Origin: Fonticula alba ATCC 38817 | Taxonomy: Eukaryota; Protista; Nucleariida | Length of the DNA stretch: 64,000 bases | Assembly: GCA_000388065.2 (NCBI GenBank) | Contig: KB932203.1 | Strand: one strand, 5' to 3' | Shown here: positions 60,570 to 64,000 of the stretch, one piece after another | How the letters are laid out: every line of letters starts with the position of its first letter | Numbering within the stretch: the first letter of the stretch is position 1 | Made by a program: the position numbers and the translations under genes | Notes under the pieces: generated by a model | Told to the model about the DNA's origin: nothing | Seen by the model: only the letters and a program-made list of their open reading frames with translations | Databases searched by the model: none

Positions 60570-62243
60570 TCACTCGAAAATCGGCCAGACAGACCAGCTG
60601 TCATCGACGAAGTTCAGCTCGACCGAAGAGTCGCCACGAGCCACCAGCAGCTCCGCCAGGCCGGGCATGTGACTGCTCGTCCACAGGCAAAGGGCCACCT
60701 TGCGCCAGGATTTGTTGTTGTCCAGGCGCGAGGCGGTGAAGGACCGCCCACGGCCGAGGGTCTGCGGTGTGGCCGCCGTGGCCGACACCCGGGCCATGGT
60801 ATCCAGCTTGCAGGGGTAGTTCGGCAGGTCCAGCCGGAACTGCGCCCCCTGCGGCGACACCGTCGTCAAGGGGTGGAGCTTGGCCACCCGGTTGAAGTAG
60901 GAGACCACCGCCGCGTCCAGTTGTGCCTCCAGGGCATATGGCCGGATGAGGCGCACCGCCGGCGTGGTGTCCGTCAGCCCGGACAGGGTGAAGGCCACCT
61001 TGGGATTCCCAGTGCCGGAGATGGCCAGCGGTGCGCGGAGGTCCTTCTTCTTGAAGTACGGCTTCTCGAAGGCCTCGACTGCATGTGTGTGTGTGTGTGA
61101 GTGAGTGTGCGAGCCTGTGTGTGTGTGTGTGAAGCTGCAAGTCGCGAGCGGCGGAGGTGCGGGGCTAGGGGGAGGAGCGACACAGGAGGCCCGCAGCCCG
61201 GCGTACCACGAAGGATCCCCTGCTTGATGTCGGTCAGGGAGAACTGGCCGAACATCTTTTGCGGCCCGGCCTGGTCGCCCACCAGGATCGAGTAGTCCAC
61301 CAGGAAGCGGCGCCGAGCGATGGAGAACATCCGACCAGGGGGGCGCTGCATGGAGGGAGGAGGGCACAAGGCGCATGTCAGTGACTGGGTGAGGACGACC
61401 GGCCACCGGGCGGCAAAAGCACGAGGCGATGGGCACACAAAGGCCCCGCGCGCAGCACGCACCAGAATGATGTGAAGATAGAGCATGAGCAGATTGTGCA
61501 GGTTGATCCAGAAGGCGGTCTGGCGCTCGGCGATCAGCTCCCCCGGAGCCCGATCCAGCATGTTCAGGTCCACTGTGCGGAGTTCCGACAGAGCGGGGGT
61601 AAGGATCTGGACAAAGCGCACTGACCGCGAGATGGAGCCCCATTCGAAGAGATGCAGGCGACAGAGCTGGAGGGATTATTTCGGCCCGGGGGGAGGGGGG
61701 AGGGGATCGAAAGGCAGGCGGGCGTGTCAGAAAGCAGGCCAGGCCCGAGGGCAGACGTCGGGCCCACGCGGCAAGGGGGCCGCGCGCGATGGTGCGCGCG
61801 CGAGCTGGCAAACACACCTGCATGGTCAGGTTCAGCAAATCCTCAACCACCTGGGCCGGATCGCGGCTCGGCCCGATCCAGGCAAACTCCGCGTTCACAA
61901 TGCCCACCAGCGAGTCGACCTTGGACTTGGGGTTGATGCTGAGCTCCTGCGCGGAAAGTGAGGCAACCGGCCGGGCAAAGTTCTTGACTCGGGCGTGCTC
62001 GGTCTCCCAGGACACGGGCGACGGCGGTGGCAACTGCAGGGCCTCGCCGCTGCCGCCGCCGCCGCTGCCGCCCGAAGCCTCCAGCGACCGGAGGAAGGAG
62101 TCGGCATCGGGCGCGGCATCGGCCACGGCCTCGGGAGCCAGCGCATCCGAAGATGGAGGGGTGTCAATCGCAGGGGCTGGGGGAGAATCCGGCACCAAGA
62201 CCGGCGACGGGGCCGCCGTGACGACCAGCTCCTCGGGAGGCGA

Positions 62244-62274
<31 letters not shown>

Positions 62275-62583
62275 GCGGATGGCTCAGTCACCAGCGCCGG
62301 CAGATTGACCGCCGACGGGTACATGAGCAGCTCGGCCGGCGGGGCGTGGTCCTGCGTGCTGCTGAGGGTGGCCAGGACATCCGAGTGCAGGGGAATCGTC
62401 GGGGCCGGGTCCCAGCGCGAATCGCCAAAGGTCAAGTCGAACTCGGCACTCGAGGCAATGATGGAAATGTCTCGGATGATGTGCGAGTCCGCCGGCAGGT
62501 AGCTGCTGAGCCAGGGGAAGAAGTCGGTCGTGTGCGAGCAGAAATCCGTGTAAAAGCGGTGCAGGCACCGAGGGAGGATGATC
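60570..62583 (-). CDS. DUF547-domain protein; first exon/start unresolved
   Basis: ELRTVDL...AFWINLHNLL, FSLTDIKQGILRG, NPKVAFTL...PAVR...LEAQLDAA and a terminal DDSWS match the DUF547 pattern. Three GT-AG introns are in phase. Confidence 0.75.
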
Positions 62584-62701
62584 TAAGCGACGCAATGGAA
62601 GGATTGACATCGAGCGCGCGCGCGTGTGTGTGTGTGCATGTTTTCCCGAGGACGGAACGGAGAGGCCAGGCATCAGAGTCAGTGAAGGGCTAGACGGTGC
62701 C

Positions 62702-62749
62702 ATGGTTTCTTTTCCTTTCCCTTCCAACGAGCAGCTGTCCAGGTGCGCA

Positions 62750-62788
<39 letters not shown>

Positions 62789-63001
62789 CGCCTGGACCCC
62801 GGCCGGTGGGGTGGGGGGGGGGTGTGACTCGCTGATCGTCGTGGAGCCGGTGGGCTCCCAACCGGCCAAGTATCCCTCCCTTTTTTATACGGGCCCATAT
62901 TTGCGGAGGGGTGTTTCTGAGCCCTCCAGGCCTTTGGGTTGTCAGTGTGGTGGTGTGCCCCCCGGGGGGGGGGGGGGGGGGGGCAGGTGGGGGGGGGGGG
63001 C

Positions 63002-63032
<31 letters not shown>

Positions 63033-63094
63033 GGCGGGGGGGGGGGGGGGGGGGGGGGGNNNNNNNNNNGGCGGCTCGCGCTGACTTTGTCCGT

Positions 63095-63130
<36 letters not shown>

Positions 63131-63797
63131 GGTTCCTCCCTTCGCCGCCCAGCACTCAAGCAATGTGCCCTTGTGCCGGCGTCCTTCGTGGCAGCGGCCA
63201 GCGCCCGGCAACGGACCGTCCTCTCGGAGGCCACGCTCCGTGTGGCGGCCCCTTGCCTGCGTGATGTGCCGCTCCTGCTGCCGAAGTTGTCCAGACTCCT
63301 TGCCGACCGAGGAGCCACGGCGCTTGGGGCCCTCGAAGCGAAGCTCTCCCGGTTGGCAGGGATCGGCCCGGGCGCTCGGCTTCGGGCCGATGCCACAGCC
63401 GCCGGGCGGAGCCTGGCCAATGCCACCGCTTGTGTGGTATTTTGCGATCGGACCGCCGGGCGGGTGATGTGCGTGCAGCTGTTCCTGTCTCCTCCCGCCC
63501 CCCCCTCCCCATCCGCCCTGTCCGCCCTTCTTCCTTGTGTGGGGAGGGCTGTCCAATTTGTGGCCATTTCTCACACATCAGTCCCGGACCCACTGGCTGT
63601 GGGCCGCCGCACATCGGCCCCGCAGACCCATTGCATGGCCGGAACTGGGCCAGCCCGGTGTCTATGGCAGCCCGCTGCACTTCGCGGTGGCCAGCGCCAA
63701 CGGCCTGGTTTCGACCCCGGAGGGCGACGCCTTCCACTTTTTCAACTCGCAGGCTGCTCGCAGCGAGGGCCCCTCGGCCCGTGGCAAGCAAAATTAG
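62702..63797 (+). CDS. Hypothetical 196-aa protein; exons 62702-62742, 62930-62952, 63153-63463, 63582-63797
   Basis: Pyrimidine-rich introns on the + strand with GT/AG ends. Exon sum is 591 nt with consistent phases (2, 1, 0) and amphipathic helical content. No known motif. Confidence 0.5.
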
Positions 63798-64000
63798 ACA
63801 CCCCGATCAGCAGCAGACATGTGCACGTATTGTTCAGGTGTATTCCTTCCTCTTCCGCGTTGGCGTGCCCGCAAAGCAAAGAAAGAGCAAAGGGCAGGCA
63901 ATTGGATGGCAGGGGGGACTGTCCCGGACCCTTGAGATCCCTCGTCCGGTGGCACTGGATGCGCAAGGAGAGAGGCGAGCAGAAGGGGCGAGGGGGGGGG

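Overview
Very GC-rich, intron-containing eukaryotic genomic DNA with 8 N-gaps and many G/C homopolymers and (GT)n/(CT)n microsatellites. Composition, short GTGCGY...YAG introns and gene content suggest an opisthokont protist such as Fonticula alba; this is inference, not a database match. I reconstructed about 12 genes by hand. In order: a 5'-truncated His/Gln-rich protein with a PAS-like C-terminus (+); a degenerate metallophosphoesterase-like protein (-); a large two-finger C2H2 transcription factor that joins two track ORFs through a 54-bp exon and has Msn2/4-like recognition helices (-); mitochondrial-type t6A synthase QRI7/OSGEPL1 (-); ubiquitin-L40 (-); a divergent single-exon glutamine synthetase II-like gene (+); a TBC Rab-GAP (-); a ~10 kb low-complexity/TM/TPR locus (+); a kelch + coiled-coil protein (-); a TilS-like PP-loop ATPase (+); a DUF547 protein (-); and a small orphan (+). 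No tRNA, rRNA, CRISPR or transposase could be supported, and most long six-frame ORFs are GC-rich shadow frames. I found no clear multi-gene novel system. The best leads are single-gene oddities: a GS-fold ligase lacking the glutamate-binding Arg loop, a ubiquitin with His64, a cyclase-less soluble-adenylyl-cyclase-type TPR protein, a pseudo-phosphoesterase, an Msn2-like factor, and an AT-rich insert bracketed by 65-bp direct repeats. All domain calls are from motif recognition, not searches.
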